DNA of 64,000 nt from Minisyncoccota bacterium (GCA_036400935.1 DASWWW010000001.1:46096-110095); one strand, 5' to 3'. Counted from the stretch's first letter, positions 53,686-63,967 are shown. The notes: a model not told the origin generated them from the sequence alone. Numbers and translations are program-made.

Positions 53686-54459
53686 ATGGCAAAGACAAAA
53701 AAATTCACGATAGTAGGCAATTGGAAGATGAATCCCGACACGCTCGACGCTGCAAAGGCTTTGTTCGGCGCCCTTTCGCGCAAGAGCGCTAAAGTTCCGC
53801 AAGTTTCAGTAATAATCGTCCCTCCAGCTCCGTTCGTTCCGGCCCTTTCAGGCAAGAAGAATCAGACCATAGCCATTGGCGCGCAGGACGTCTCCGTCGA
53901 GGAGCGCGGCGCATTTACCGGCTCCGTCTCTGCGACTCAGATCGCTACCTCGGGCGCTACGTACGCCCTCGTCGGCCATAGCGAGCGCCGCAATGCGGGC
54001 GATACCGACGCGATCGTCGCCCAGAAAGCCGTTCGCGCCATCAATGCGGGCATGAAGATCATCCTCTGCGTAGGCGAGAAGGAGCGTGACCAGAACGCTC
54101 ATTATCTCCGAGCTATCCGCGAACAGATCCTTACCGTATTCAACGCAATTACCGACAAGAAGCAGATCAAATCAGTCATCATCGCATATGAGCCTGTCTG
54201 GGCAATCGGCAAGAGCTTCGCCCTCGCTCCAAAGCCTGCCGACATTCACGAGATGTCTCTCTATATAAAGAAAGTCGCCATCGAGGCATTGGGCAAGAAT
54301 GACGGCCTCAAGATGCAGGTCCTCTACGGTGGCTCAGTAAACAGCGAGAATGCAGAGGGCATGCTCCGCGACGGCGCTATCGACGGCCTTCTCATCGGCC
54401 GGCAGTCTCTCGAGGCAGAGGCTTTCTCAACCATCATCGACTATGCCGCAAACATTTAA
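53686..54459 (+). CDS. tpiA: triosephosphate isomerase
   Basis: GNWKMN, GHSERR, AYEPVWAIG and LYGGSV motifs. Confidence 0.97.
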   Translation: MAKTKKFTIVGNWKMNPDTLDAAKALFGALSRKSAKVPQVSVIIVPPAPFVPALSGKKNQTIAIGAQDVSVEERGAFTGSVSATQIATSGATYALVGHSERRNAGDTDAIVAQKAVRAINAGMKIILCVGEKERDQNAHYLRAIREQILTVFNAITDKKQIKSVIIAYEPVWAIGKSFALAPKPADIHEMSLYIKKVAIEALGKNDGLKMQVLYGGSVNSENAEGMLRDGAIDGLLIGRQSLEAEAFSTIIDYAANI

Positions 54460-55579
54460 GAAGCTCGCTGACGTCGCGGCAAAGGATCTCCGCGGCAAGC
54501 GCGTCCTTCTGCGCCTCGATCTGAACGTGCCTATCGTCGGGGAAGAGGTGCGCGACGATTTCCGCATCAAGCGATCTCTGCCGACACTCCAGTTCTTGCG
54601 AGAGGCAGGCGCAAAGACGATCGTCATCAGCCATTTGGAGAGCGATACGACCGACTCACTCTCTCTCATTGCCGAATACATCGGCAAGAAGATGCCGATT
54701 CAGGGCTTCGTGTCCGATTACTCCAAAGCTCCTGCCGCTATCTCATCCATGAAGGACGGCGACATCATTATTCTCGAGAATCTCCGCCGCGATGCGGGCG
54801 AGAAGGCGAATGATGCTGCTTTCGCTGCTCGATTGGCTTCTTTTGGCGACATATATGTGAACGATGCCTTCGCCGTTTCGCACAGAGCGCATGCGTCGAT
54901 CGTCGGCGTGACAAAGCTCCTGCCTTCGTATGCCGGCCTCCTGCTTGCAACCGAGATCGAAGAGCTTTCAAAGGCATTCAATCCCGAGCATCCGTTCGTA
55001 TTCCTCCTTGGTGGTGCTAAATTCGACACTAAATTGCCCCTCATCGAGAAATTCCTCGGCATTGCGGACAGTGTGTTCGTCGGCGGAGCGCTCGCTAACG
55101 ATATTTTCAAGGAAAAGGGATACGAGGTCGGCGCATCGCTCGTCTCGAAGGTTCCTGTGGACCTCAAAAGCATTGCTGCCAATCCGAAATTGATCGTCGC
55201 GTCGGATGTCGCGGTCATGGGTGCGAAGGGCAAGGCGATAAAAGCTGCCAATGCAGCGCTTCCTGGCGAAAGGATCTTGGACACGGGACCACAGACCATC
55301 GCGCAGCTCGCCGTCTTGCTCAAGGAAGCGAAGTTCGTCCTTTGGAACGGTCCTGTTGGGGACTATGAGAAGGACGGTTTTGCGCAGGGCACCGAGGACC
55401 TCGCTCGCGCTGTGGTCGCGAGTGGCGCTCAGACCGTCCTCGGAGGAGGGGACTCGATCGCAGTTATTGCCAACATCGGCCTTTTGGACAAGTTCAGCTT
55501 TGTCTCTACCGGCGGCGGCGCGATGCTCGAGTTTTTGGCGAAAGGCACGTTGCCAGGCATAGAGGCCCTAAAAGCCTAG
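54443..55579 (+). CDS. pgk: phosphoglycerate kinase
   Basis: RLDLNVP, ENLR, NDAFAVSHRAHAS, GGAK, WNGP and STGGGAMLEFL motifs. Confidence 0.97.
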   Translation: MPQTFKKLADVAAKDLRGKRVLLRLDLNVPIVGEEVRDDFRIKRSLPTLQFLREAGAKTIVISHLESDTTDSLSLIAEYIGKKMPIQGFVSDYSKAPAAISSMKDGDIIILENLRRDAGEKANDAAFAARLASFGDIYVNDAFAVSHRAHASIVGVTKLLPSYAGLLLATEIEELSKAFNPEHPFVFLLGGAKFDTKLPLIEKFLGIADSVFVGGALANDIFKEKGYEVGASLVSKVPVDLKSIAANPKLIVASDVAVMGAKGKAIKAANAALPGERILDTGPQTIAQLAVLLKEAKFVLWNGPVGDYEKDGFAQGTEDLARAVVASGAQTVLGGGDSIAVIANIGLLDKFSFVSTGGGAMLEFLAKGTLPGIEALKA

Positions 55580-55621
55580 TTAAATACTCAAAACGAAAGA
55601 GCGCCTTGCGGCGCTCTTTTG

Positions 55622-55981
55622 CTATAAGGCTTTGCGGATTTTCTCGGCGTTGCCGGCGAAATCAGTCTTGTCTCCAGCGACGTCCTTGTCTGGATATACC
55701 CAGATGTGAGCGTGAGGGACTTCTTCACCCATGATTTTCGATATAACGAGATCGGTTCCAAATGCTTTCTTCTGAGCGAGGGCGATTTTCTGCGCCGCTT
55801 CAAAGTATTTTCCTGCATTCGGCACGTCCCATACCCATCGGTAATGCTGCCTTGGTATGACGAGGGCGTGGCCTGGCGATTCTGGCCTAATATCGAGGAT
55901 TGCCATGAAGTCCGAGTCCTCGTAGACCTTGTGCGAAGGGATTTCGCCTTTGACTATTTTGCAGAATACGCAATTTTCCAT
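55622..55981 (-). CDS. HIT-family nucleotide hydrolase
   Basis: MENCVFCKIVKGEIP, GHALVIP, VPHAHIW (third His replaced by W). Confidence 0.9.
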   Translation of the reverse strand: MENCVFCKIVKGEIPSHKVYEDSDFMAILDIRPESPGHALVIPRQHYRWVWDVPNAGKYFEAAQKIALAQKKAFGTDLVISKIMGEEVPHAHIWVYPDKDVAGDKTDFAGNAEKIRKAL

Positions 55982-56014
55982 ATCGAGATGATAGCACGTG
56001 ATAGAATGTCGTCT

Positions 56015-57739
56015 ATGAAATACTCTCTGCGCGATGCTGGCGCGCCAAAGCCGGCCGAATTTGCCGCGTTCTCGGATACGCTGTCGTCGCTTTTGGTCGG
56101 GCGCGGCGTCAAAACGCTGGCGGAGGCGCAGGATTTTCTCGCGCCCGACTATGACAGCCATACGCACGATCCTTTCTTGATGAAAAACATGGACAAGGCC
56201 GTCGAGAGGGTATATCAGGCGATCAAGAATAATGAGTTCATCTCGATCTTTACCGATTACGACGCGGACGGCATTCCGGGCGGCGTGATCCTGTACGATG
56301 CGATCCGAAAGACGGGATACAAGAACTTCGAGGTCTATATTCCGCATCGCCATGATGAGGGATTCGGTTTGAGCATGCATGCGATCGATGGATTTAAGGC
56401 AAAGGGAGCGAAGCTCATCATCACGATCGACTGCGGCATCGCCGACATAGAGGAGGTTGCCTATGCGCAATCCCTCGGCATCGACGTCATTGTTACCGAT
56501 CACCATATGCCGCATACCAAAGAAGGGGATCCGACGCAGCATCTCCCTCCGGCGCATGCCATCCTCAATCCAAAGCTTGCCGACTGCCAGTATCCTGAAA
56601 AGATGCTTTGTGGCTCGGGCGTCATATTCAAATTCGTCCAGGCTTTCTACCAGAAGCACGGCGCCGAGTTCGGCGTGAAGCCAGGCTGGGAAAAGTGGTT
56701 CCTCGATATGGTCGGCATCGCAACGCTTTCGGACATGGTGCCTTTGGTGGGCGAGAATCGCGTATTTGCCGTGTACGGATTGAAGGTCCTCAAGAAGACC
56801 GCGCGCCCGGGCCTGTCCCAGCTTTTTTCGAAACTGCGCGTGAGCCGGGAGCACCTCTCGGAGGACGATATCGGATTCACAATCACGCCGCGCATCAACG
56901 CAGCGTCCCGTATGGGCGAGCCAATGGCCGCTTTCAATATGCTCTCGACCGATGATCAGGCCTTGGCCGGAGTCTATGCGGACGCATTGGAGAGCGTGAA
57001 CAACGAGCGAAAGGGGACCGTGGCGTCCCTCGTAAAGGAGGTAAAGAAAATACTCAGCGAGCGGGACATCACGGACAAGAAAGCGATCGTCCTCGGCAAT
57101 CCTTCGTGGAGGCCTGCGCTTTTGGGACTTGTCGCCAATACTTTGGCTGAAGAATACAACCGCCCGGCATTCCTCTGGGGCAGGGATGGTGAGGGAATCA
57201 TAAAGGGCTCGTGCCGATCAGGCGGAACGACGAGCGTCCTGGCCATCATGCAGAAAACTCCCGCATCGTTCATCGCATTCGGCGGACATGCTGCGTCGGG
57301 AGGCTTCGAGGTCGCGAACGATGCCGTGCATCTGCTCGCCGAATCCTTGGAAAAGGCTGCGCATGACCTTGGCGGCGTCATCGAGGAGAAGGAAGAGTTC
57401 GTGGATGGCCATATAGGACTCGATGAGGTCTCGTGGAATCTGTATCGGGACATCGAAAAGCTCGCTCCGTACGGTACAGGCAATGCAAAGCCGGTCTTTT
57501 TGATAAAAGGAGCCCATATCGATACGATCAAATCGTTCGGCAAGGAGAAGAATCACACAGAGATCGTGTTTTTGGACAAGAATAACCGCAAGATCTCCGC
57601 TATCCAGTTTTTCGCCTCGACCGACTCGCTGCCGGCTCATGCCAAGGCGCAGTCAAAAGTGGATGTCGTGGCCCATCTTGAGAAATCAACCTTCAAGAAT
57701 TATCCCGAATTGCGCCTGCGCATAGTTGAGGTACTATAA
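56015..57739 (+). CDS. recJ: single-stranded-DNA exonuclease RecJ
   Basis: DYDADG, TIDCG, TDHH, PRINAASR, GSCRS and GGHAA motifs. Confidence 0.96.
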   Translation: MKYSLRDAGAPKPAEFAAFSDTLSSLLVGRGVKTLAEAQDFLAPDYDSHTHDPFLMKNMDKAVERVYQAIKNNEFISIFTDYDADGIPGGVILYDAIRKTGYKNFEVYIPHRHDEGFGLSMHAIDGFKAKGAKLIITIDCGIADIEEVAYAQSLGIDVIVTDHHMPHTKEGDPTQHLPPAHAILNPKLADCQYPEKMLCGSGVIFKFVQAFYQKHGAEFGVKPGWEKWFLDMVGIATLSDMVPLVGENRVFAVYGLKVLKKTARPGLSQLFSKLRVSREHLSEDDIGFTITPRINAASRMGEPMAAFNMLSTDDQALAGVYADALESVNNERKGTVASLVKEVKKILSERDITDKKAIVLGNPSWRPALLGLVANTLAEEYNRPAFLWGRDGEGIIKGSCRSGGTTSVLAIMQKTPASFIAFGGHAASGGFEVANDAVHLLAESLEKAAHDLGGVIEEKEEFVDGHIGLDEVSWNLYRDIEKLAPYGTGNAKPVFLIKGAHIDTIKSFGKEKNHTEIVFLDKNNRKISAIQFFASTDSLPAHAKAQSKVDVVAHLEKSTFKNYPELRLRIVEVL

Positions 57740-57745
57740 GAGCGT

Positions 57746-57940
57746 ATGAGTGCTCATTCTGATCGAAATCGAGTGGGCGCGAAGGACGACGGCAGGCTCG
57801 GTGGCAATGGCAGGGAGCCTCGCTTCGTAACGGTCGAGCGGTTGCTATGGACCGGAACCAGTCTCTCTCCCAAGAAGCTTAAAGCTCTCGTCATGAGCGT
57901 GCCTCGTCGGCCAATTCGCAGCATCATTCGAAAGAAATAA
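57746..57940 (+). CDS. small hypothetical protein
   Basis: 64-aa ORF directly after recJ and followed by a terminator. Confidence 0.4.
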   Translation: MSAHSDRNRVGAKDDGRLGGNGREPRFVTVERLLWTGTSLSPKKLKALVMSVPRRPIRSIIRKK

Positions 57941-58001
57941 TCGCAGCCGCGACAGCGCGGTTTTTTTATCCGGTCGGGAGCCCATTTGCTATACTCTATC
58001 C

Positions 58002-58724
58002 ATGTCTATCACCATATTTACTGACGGATCGTCCCGAGGAAATCCCGGACCAGGCGGCTGGGGCGCTATTGTCCGCACGGAATCGAAAGTCACCGAGCTC
58101 GGTGGGCGGGAGGATCATACGACGAACAATCGCATGGAGCTTTTAGCGGCCATCAGCGCATTGGATTCCGTAGTTTCGCAGAAAATCAGCGGCAAGAAGA
58201 TCCTCGTGCAGAGCGATTCTAAATACGTCATTCAGGGAATTACTTCTTGGGTCTCTGGCTGGAAGAGGAACGGCTGGATCACTGCCGGCAAGAAAGAGGT
58301 GGGGAATCGCGATCTATGGGAGGCGCTTTCGGGCGCTGTCGCATCGGTTGGCGCTGCTGGCAATGCGGTCTCTTGGAAATACGTCGAGGGGCATGCTGGC
58401 CATCCTGGGAACGAGCGCTGCGACGAGATCGCGACGACGTTTGCCGACAAGTCTCCGACCGACCTGTATGCGGGCGCCCGCGACAGCTATCCGATAGACC
58501 TCGACGCCGCACCTGCCGCGGGCGCCCAGGCCGCCAATGCTAAAAAGAAATCCTCCTCATCGGTCAAAGCCTATTCATATCTGTCGCTCGTGGACGGCGT
58601 CCTTCAGATTCACAAGACCTGGGCCGAATGCGAGGCTCGCGTAAAAGGAGTGCGAGGAACAAAATTCAAGAAATCTATTTCCGCCGCAGACGAGGCAGCC
58701 ATCAGGAAGGAGTGGGGAGTGTAG
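58002..58724 (+). CDS. rnhA: ribonuclease HI with C-terminal hybrid-binding (Cauli_VI-like) domain
   Basis: FTDGSSRGNPGPGG, TTNNRMEL, DSKYV, GHAGHPGNERCD; C-terminal TWAECEARVKG. Confidence 0.94.
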   Translation: MSITIFTDGSSRGNPGPGGWGAIVRTESKVTELGGREDHTTNNRMELLAAISALDSVVSQKISGKKILVQSDSKYVIQGITSWVSGWKRNGWITAGKKEVGNRDLWEALSGAVASVGAAGNAVSWKYVEGHAGHPGNERCDEIATTFADKSPTDLYAGARDSYPIDLDAAPAAGAQAANAKKKSSSSVKAYSYLSLVDGVLQIHKTWAECEARVKGVRGTKFKKSISAADEAAIRKEWGV

Positions 58725-58762
58725 CGTTCGAATGAATACGGAGAGGAATAAAAAGCCCGCAT

Positions 58763-59005
58763 CTAGCATGCGGGCTGTCCCGTTATGGCGATGATCTTTT
58801 CATGGACCAGTACCAGTTGGCGGATTAAATCGTGATTTGCTAAGTCGCTGGGGGTCGCTGAAGGATTCGTCAATCTCCATTCCCGAATTCGATCCTCGAG
58901 TTGAGCCTTTCTATTGAATAGTGCTCTTATGAGAATCTCTTCATGATTTCTGCTTTTGGCTCCAGAAGACTTCAGCATAGTCTGAACGAAGCTGGAAAGG
59001 GGCAT
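58763..59005 (-). CDS. small hypothetical protein
   Basis: MPLSSFVQTML...; distal part of the 58763..59383 ORF. Confidence 0.4.
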   Translation of the reverse strand: MPLSSFVQTMLKSSGAKSRNHEEILIRALFNRKAQLEDRIREWRLTNPSATPSDLANHDLIRQLVLVHEKIIAITGQPAC

Positions 59006-59046
59006 TTGCAAACACGATATCACGGGCCAAATAAAAAACGAACTGC

Positions 59047-59403
59047 CTATTCGGGCGGTTCGTGACATTCGACGGGGCGCAAGGATGCGTGAAGATCCTG
59101 AAGAGCGGTTCTCTTGCCGGCAGCCATCCTTTTGTTGAACTTGAGGCAGGCCATGAGAAGCTTTAGCTCGGTCTGAATAAACCATTGGCGGTGCCGGTGC
59201 TCGATGTCGTGGAAAGGATTCTTTGCCTCCCAGGACCTCCTCCTTTCGACGAACTGCTCGTATCTCGCTAGGGTGGCCCACCTGAGCGCCTTTCTCACTT
59301 TTCTGTTCATCAGTACCCCTTTCAGGTACCAGAATACTCCGTTGCAGATACACGCCGCCGCTAGAATCAAAAAGAATATACACACTGGACTGGGCATGTG
59401 CAT
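59047..59403 (-). CDS. hypothetical protein with N-terminal TM
   Basis: 118-aa ORF divergent from comEC. Confidence 0.45.
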   Translation of the reverse strand: MHMPSPVCIFFLILAAACICNGVFWYLKGVLMNRKVRKALRWATLARYEQFVERRRSWEAKNPFHDIEHRHRQWFIQTELKLLMACLKFNKRMAAGKRTALQDLHASLRPVECHEPPE

Positions 59404-59464
59404 TTGAAGCTACCTTATCACGCTCTTTATGATTTGTTTATTGTCCTGTGTATAAGCTGTCGGG

Positions 59465-60808
59465 ATGGGCAATCGCGCTTTTTACGTAATCTTTCTCTCC
59501 TTTTTCGGCTGCGTATTCGTATTCACGATGGCGGATTCAAAATTTGGCATTCTTGATGACGGCGTTCATCCCCTCGATCAACTTGTCGGCACGAAGGTTT
59601 CCGTAACGGGCATCGTATGCGCCGAGCCCGAAGCTCGCGACGCTTCATTGAAATTTTGCTTTGAGTCGGAGCGGGGAGGAAAGCGAATTTTGGTTACAGC
59701 AGCGCGCTATCCGGAATATTCGTACGGTGATGAACTGATCCTGTCAGGCAAGCTGGAATTTCCGGAGATTATCGAATCCGAGGACGGCAGCCCGCCGTTT
59801 GATTACCCGAGGTATCTGGCGAAAGACGGCATTCGCTATCTCATGTCCCGTCCGACGGTAGAGGATACGGGCGAGAATAAGGGAAATAGGCTGATCGTCA
59901 TGCTGTTTGCGCTCAAGTCGGCCTTTACAGGCCTGATGCAGGATCTTTTTCCTGAGCCTGAATCGTCGCTCCTCGCAGGAATCCTTTTGGGCGAGAAATC
60001 GGGTCTGTCGCCGGAGCTTACGGACCAATTTCGCAATGCGGGGCTCGTCCACATACTCGTCCTCTCGGGCTCGAACGTGACAGTCGTCGCCGAAGGGTTG
60101 ATGAAGACGTTCGCATTCCTGCCCGCAGCCTTGTCGCGGATATTCGGCGCCGGATCGATCATCTTGTTCGCCCTTATGACTGGAGCGTCGGCGACGACCG
60201 TACGCGCGACTATCATGGCGCTTATCGTCATATTGGCGAAATCCTCGGCCCGACGCTACGACGTGACGCGGGCGCTCGTGCTGGCGGCCTTCGGTATGAC
60301 GCTCGAAAATCCACAGATCCTGGCATTCGATGCCTCATTCCAGCTTTCGTTCCTGGCTACGCTCGCGCTCATATATGTCGCGCCCATCGTCGAAGAGAAG
60401 CTGTCGTGGGTGACGGACCGATTCAAGCTGCGCGAGATGCTGGCGACGACGATCGGCACTCAGATACTGACGACACCCCTGATACTGCACATGTCGGGAA
60501 ATCTCTCAATTGTGTCGCTGCCGCCGAACTTGCTCGTCCTGCCGCTCGTACCCTTGTCGATGCTCGGTGGCTTCGTGGCAGTAATGGTCGGTTTCGTAAG
60601 CGAGACCTTGGCCCTGCCTTTCGCGTGGGGAACGTCGCTCGTCCTTTCGTACATTATAAAAGTGACCGTATTCTTTGGCGGTTTGCCATTTGCCGCCGTA
60701 GAAATGAGAATGAGCGCTTCCGCGCTCACGATCTCATACACCGCTATCGTCTGGTATCTGGTTATTTATTGGCGTCGGCGAAATTCTTTGCCGCAGTCTC
60801 CCAATTGA
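59465..60808 (+). CDS. comEC: ComEC/Rec2 competence protein, membrane (Competence) domain
   Basis: FDYPRYL, GILLGE, GLVHILVLSGSNV, RATIM and SFQLSFLAT motifs. Confidence 0.92.
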   Translation: MGNRAFYVIFLSFFGCVFVFTMADSKFGILDDGVHPLDQLVGTKVSVTGIVCAEPEARDASLKFCFESERGGKRILVTAARYPEYSYGDELILSGKLEFPEIIESEDGSPPFDYPRYLAKDGIRYLMSRPTVEDTGENKGNRLIVMLFALKSAFTGLMQDLFPEPESSLLAGILLGEKSGLSPELTDQFRNAGLVHILVLSGSNVTVVAEGLMKTFAFLPAALSRIFGAGSIILFALMTGASATTVRATIMALIVILAKSSARRYDVTRALVLAAFGMTLENPQILAFDASFQLSFLATLALIYVAPIVEEKLSWVTDRFKLREMLATTIGTQILTTPLILHMSGNLSIVSLPPNLLVLPLVPLSMLGGFVAVMVGFVSETLALPFAWGTSLVLSYIIKVTVFFGGLPFAAVEMRMSASALTISYTAIVWYLVIYWRRRNSLPQSPN

Positions 60809-61355
60809 GGTTCGCGAAGAAATCCTCGACGTACTGTTTCTTGCCCGAAGGCTGATAGTCGGCGACGAACGAGTGCTCCCACATGTCGAGCATGAGGACA
60901 GGGGAGATGCCTGTGAGGTGCCCGAGATGCTGCTCGTCTATCCATGCGTTGACGAGACGGCCGTTCGCATTGTCAAAATAGAGCACTGCCCAGCCGATAC
61001 CGCGAGTCATGGCGACTGCCTTGAATCGGGCAAGCCACGCGTCGAACGATCCCCATTCTGCGGCGATCGCTTGTGAGAGAGCACTGTCTGATGAAAGCGC
61101 CTTTGCGCCGCCTTCGAGGTGGGAGAAATAGAACTCATGGTTCCTCATGCCGTCGAACTCAAAGCCGAAGCGTCGCTGCATCTCGCCGACAGCGTAGGCG
61201 TTCTTCTCGTCTTTTGCCATCTCGTCGATCTTCTCGATGATGAGGTTGGCGTGCTTCACGTATCCTGCGTAGAGCTTGAGATGCTCCTCGATGCTTTTTG
61301 CTGAGATTCCCTTGAGCGCGGGGATATTGAATTTCCTTTCTTCGAATTTTTTCAT
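60762..61355 (-). CDS. sod: Fe/Mn superoxide dismutase family protein (ChrC-like type)
   Basis: EEHLKLYAGYV, NHEFYF, GIGWAVL and LDMWEHSF motifs. Confidence 0.9.
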   Translation of the reverse strand: MKKFEERKFNIPALKGISAKSIEEHLKLYAGYVKHANLIIEKIDEMAKDEKNAYAVGEMQRRFGFEFDGMRNHEFYFSHLEGGAKALSSDSALSQAIAAEWGSFDAWLARFKAVAMTRGIGWAVLYFDNANGRLVNAWIDEQHLGHLTGISPVLMLDMWEHSFVADYQPSGKKQYVEDFFANLNWETAAKNFADANK

Positions 61356-61415
61356 AGCGGTTCTGAAATTAGCTGATATATACCTATTATACGCATTGTG
61401 AGTATAATTTCTTGC

Positions 61416-62177
61416 ATGCATCCGAATATCAAAGCATTGCGGCAGGCGTTGGCAGAGACGGGCGTGGCTTTTTCGTCTGTAGAGGGCTTTGAGGATATCG
61501 TCATGGTCGCTGGCCATCCGTTCATGTACGCTCTGACACCGTTCAATACCCATTCGGGTTCGGCGGTCTGTCTCGACAAGGCAATGCTGTTCAAGCTGCT
61601 TGAAGGCAGGGTCCGCATGCCCCGTACGGTAAGTATCGTCGACCCTAACGGCGACTATCCTAAGCATATTAAGGTCGATGGCCTTGAGGAATCCTTTAAG
61701 AAAGCTTCAGGCATTCCTTATCCCCTCATCGTTAAGATGAATGCGGGCGACGCCGGCCGAAACGTGTACAAGGTGGACACCGAAGTCGAGGCGAGAGACG
61801 GCATCGCGGCTATTTTTAACAAAGCGTCGAAAAACTATGATTTTATCGCCCTTGTTCAAGAATACATAAAGCCCGTTCGCGAGATCCGCGCGGTTATCGT
61901 GAACGGCAAGTTCTCCTTTGCCTATGACAGGAAGGGCGCTGACATGTTGTCTGGAGAGGTTGCCGATGAAGTCAGCCGGCTTTCAAAAATCATTCTCGGT
62001 ACTGTTTCACTGTCATGGTGTGCCCTCGATTTCATCGAATCGGAATCCGGCGAGCTCTATTTCCTCGAGGCGAATACCCGGCCGGGATTCGAAGGCTTCC
62101 TTGCCCGCCATGGCGACAGGCTTTTGGTCGATGCGTATAAAGATGCCTTGAAGTCTTTCCTTGAGATATGGAGATAA
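61416..62177 (+). CDS. RimK-like ATP-grasp ligase
   Basis: DKA, YPLIVKMNAGDAGRNV, LVQEYI, EIR, ALDF, FLEANTRPG. Confidence 0.85.
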   Translation: MHPNIKALRQALAETGVAFSSVEGFEDIVMVAGHPFMYALTPFNTHSGSAVCLDKAMLFKLLEGRVRMPRTVSIVDPNGDYPKHIKVDGLEESFKKASGIPYPLIVKMNAGDAGRNVYKVDTEVEARDGIAAIFNKASKNYDFIALVQEYIKPVREIRAVIVNGKFSFAYDRKGADMLSGEVADEVSRLSKIILGTVSLSWCALDFIESESGELYFLEANTRPGFEGFLARHGDRLLVDAYKDALKSFLEIWR

Positions 62178-63025
62178 TCACCCAACATTTTCGTAAGGTG
62201 GTGCTCGCGACGCTTACGTGCGTCGCTTTTGCTGTCTGTATCGCTTATTTCATGGAACGAAACTCGGGTCTGCTTCACGTGTACTTCCTTGACGTGGGGC
62301 AGGGCGATGCCATTTACATTCGCACGCCTAACGGCCGTGACATGCTCATTGACTCTGGTCCTAATCGCGCCGTGGTTCAGAGGCTGTCGGAAGTAATGCC
62401 GTGGTATGACAAGTCTATCGATGTGGCTCTCGAGACGCATCCCGATGCCGATCATATTGGTGGGTTCCCTCAAATACTGGAACGGTACAAGATCGGCGTA
62501 TTTGTGGAACCGGGCGTCGAATCCGCGAATGCCGTAGATGATGAGATCCGAAGTCTGCGTGCCGAGAAGGCCGTCGCCGGCGAGATCGCGCGGCGCGGTA
62601 TCCGCATTGATTTCGGCGACGGCGCCCATTTCGACATCCTGTACCCCGACACCGATCCGTCAAAGATGGAAACGAACGACGCGTCGATCATCGGCAGGCT
62701 TGTGTACGGCTCGACGTCGGTGATGCTTACGGGCGACGCGCCGAAATCGGTAGAGAATAGGCTCCACATGCTCGACGGCGAACGGTTGGCGAGCACTATC
62801 CTGAAGGCAGGGCATCACGGATCTAAAGGCTCTTCAGGAGAATCGTTCGTGAGAGCGGTCGGCCCTCTGTTTGGCGTCATCTCGGCGGGCAGAAAGAATC
62901 GCTACGGCCATCCGCATAAGGAGGTCATGGATATCTTGGCCGCCGGGCGGGTCGAAGTATCGCGAACCGATATGGAGGGAACGATCGGCTTCGTATCCGA
63001 TGGCAAAGCCTTCTTCAAGGAATAA
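62168..63025 (+). CDS. ComEC-type metallo-beta-lactamase domain protein
   Basis: FLDVGQGDA, THPDADHIGG, LTGD, KAGHHGS and NRYGHPH motifs. Confidence 0.93.
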   Translation: MEIITQHFRKVVLATLTCVAFAVCIAYFMERNSGLLHVYFLDVGQGDAIYIRTPNGRDMLIDSGPNRAVVQRLSEVMPWYDKSIDVALETHPDADHIGGFPQILERYKIGVFVEPGVESANAVDDEIRSLRAEKAVAGEIARRGIRIDFGDGAHFDILYPDTDPSKMETNDASIIGRLVYGSTSVMLTGDAPKSVENRLHMLDGERLASTILKAGHHGSKGSSGESFVRAVGPLFGVISAGRKNRYGHPHKEVMDILAAGRVEVSRTDMEGTIGFVSDGKAFFKE

Positions 63026-63046
63026 AAAAGAACGGCCAATGCCGTT

Positions 63047-63589
63047 CTAGGGGATCGATAGCTCGTCCACGATCCTCAAATCGGTTTCGGAGAGTATGAC
63101 CTTCATGTTCTGATCGCGAACCATGACGCCTTCGATCTTCTTGCCGCTAAAAATGGTCTCTATTACCCACGGATCGCCGTCTATCATTGGCGCTGGAAGC
63201 TCTGTCGGCTTCCACCAGCCTGGACGGGTCATTTCTCTTGACGGCATCGGCTGCGCGTTCGGGATTCTGACGATATAGATATGGCACTCGCAATCCTCGA
63301 CGCCTTCGCGCCGATAGGTAATGATGGCCATTTTTTGCATCTGATTAGGCTGGGCCATGACCTCGCTTTCCTCGTAGAGCTCGCGCCGGGCGGCGAAGTC
63401 TATCGTGGGGTCGCTGGTCTCGACTTTGCCTCCGTAGGTTGTCCATTTCCAGTGCAGCTTGCGTCTTTCTGCGCTCGGGGTCTTCTCTTTCCAGGCAAAG
63501 CACACTTCTAGGAAGCCTTGCAGGTCGCGAGCGAGATAGCAGATCGTAGCTCGCGGGGTAACTGTGACTGTAGGGGAGGGCTGGTTCAT
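63047..63589 (-). CDS. NUDIX hydrolase (MTH1-like, divergent)
   Basis: YGGKVE...AARRELYEES; SREMTRPGWW; MIDGD. Confidence 0.8.
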   Translation of the reverse strand: MNQPSPTVTVTPRATICYLARDLQGFLEVCFAWKEKTPSAERRKLHWKWTTYGGKVETSDPTIDFAARRELYEESEVMAQPNQMQKMAIITYRREGVEDCECHIYIVRIPNAQPMPSREMTRPGWWKPTELPAPMIDGDPWVIETIFSGKKIEGVMVRDQNMKVILSETDLRIVDELSIP

Positions 63590-63724
63590 CTGCCCTCGAT
63601 ACTAGTACTTTGCCGTTTCTTTGCAAGGTCATAATCGCAAAGCAAAAGCCGCTCCTTGCGGAGCGGCTTTTTAGGAAAATAATGAGCTTTGGCGAATATA
63701 TTTCCCTTATCCTTCTTAGGCGGT

Positions 63725-63967
63725 TTAGATGATTCCGGCCTTCTTGAGAGTTGCGTAAGCGCCGTTCTTGTTGATCGTCTTGATCGCGCGGGTCGAGATG
63801 GTGAGGCGGATCGACTTCTTCAACTCAGGGATGTAGATCTTCTTGTTCTGAAGATTTACGTATCGGCGAGTCTTGCCGATAGGGTTGAACTGGGTCGCAC
63901 GGGTGGCGTTTGAGTAGCCGCCGCCGACGATCGATGTTTTCTTTGTGATTGGGCAGATTCGTGCCAT
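63725..63967 (-). CDS. rpmB: 50S ribosomal protein L28
   Basis: MARICPITKK...KTRRYVNLQ...LTISTRAIKTINKNG. Confidence 0.95.
   Translation of the reverse strand: MARICPITKKTSIVGGGYSNATRATQFNPIGKTRRYVNLQNKKIYIPELKKSIRLTISTRAIKTINKNGAYATLKKAGII

Noticed and set aside
55622-57739. Long overlapping ORFs 55622..56854 (-) and 55706..57739 (+)
   Set aside because: These are ORF-caller extensions; the real genes are HIT (start 55981) and recJ (start about 56015), which are divergent and do not overlap
58763-59403. Single frameshifted gene or real dual-coding overlap
   Set aside because: No recognisable domain or slippery site; two short separate ORFs explain it more simply, at low confidence
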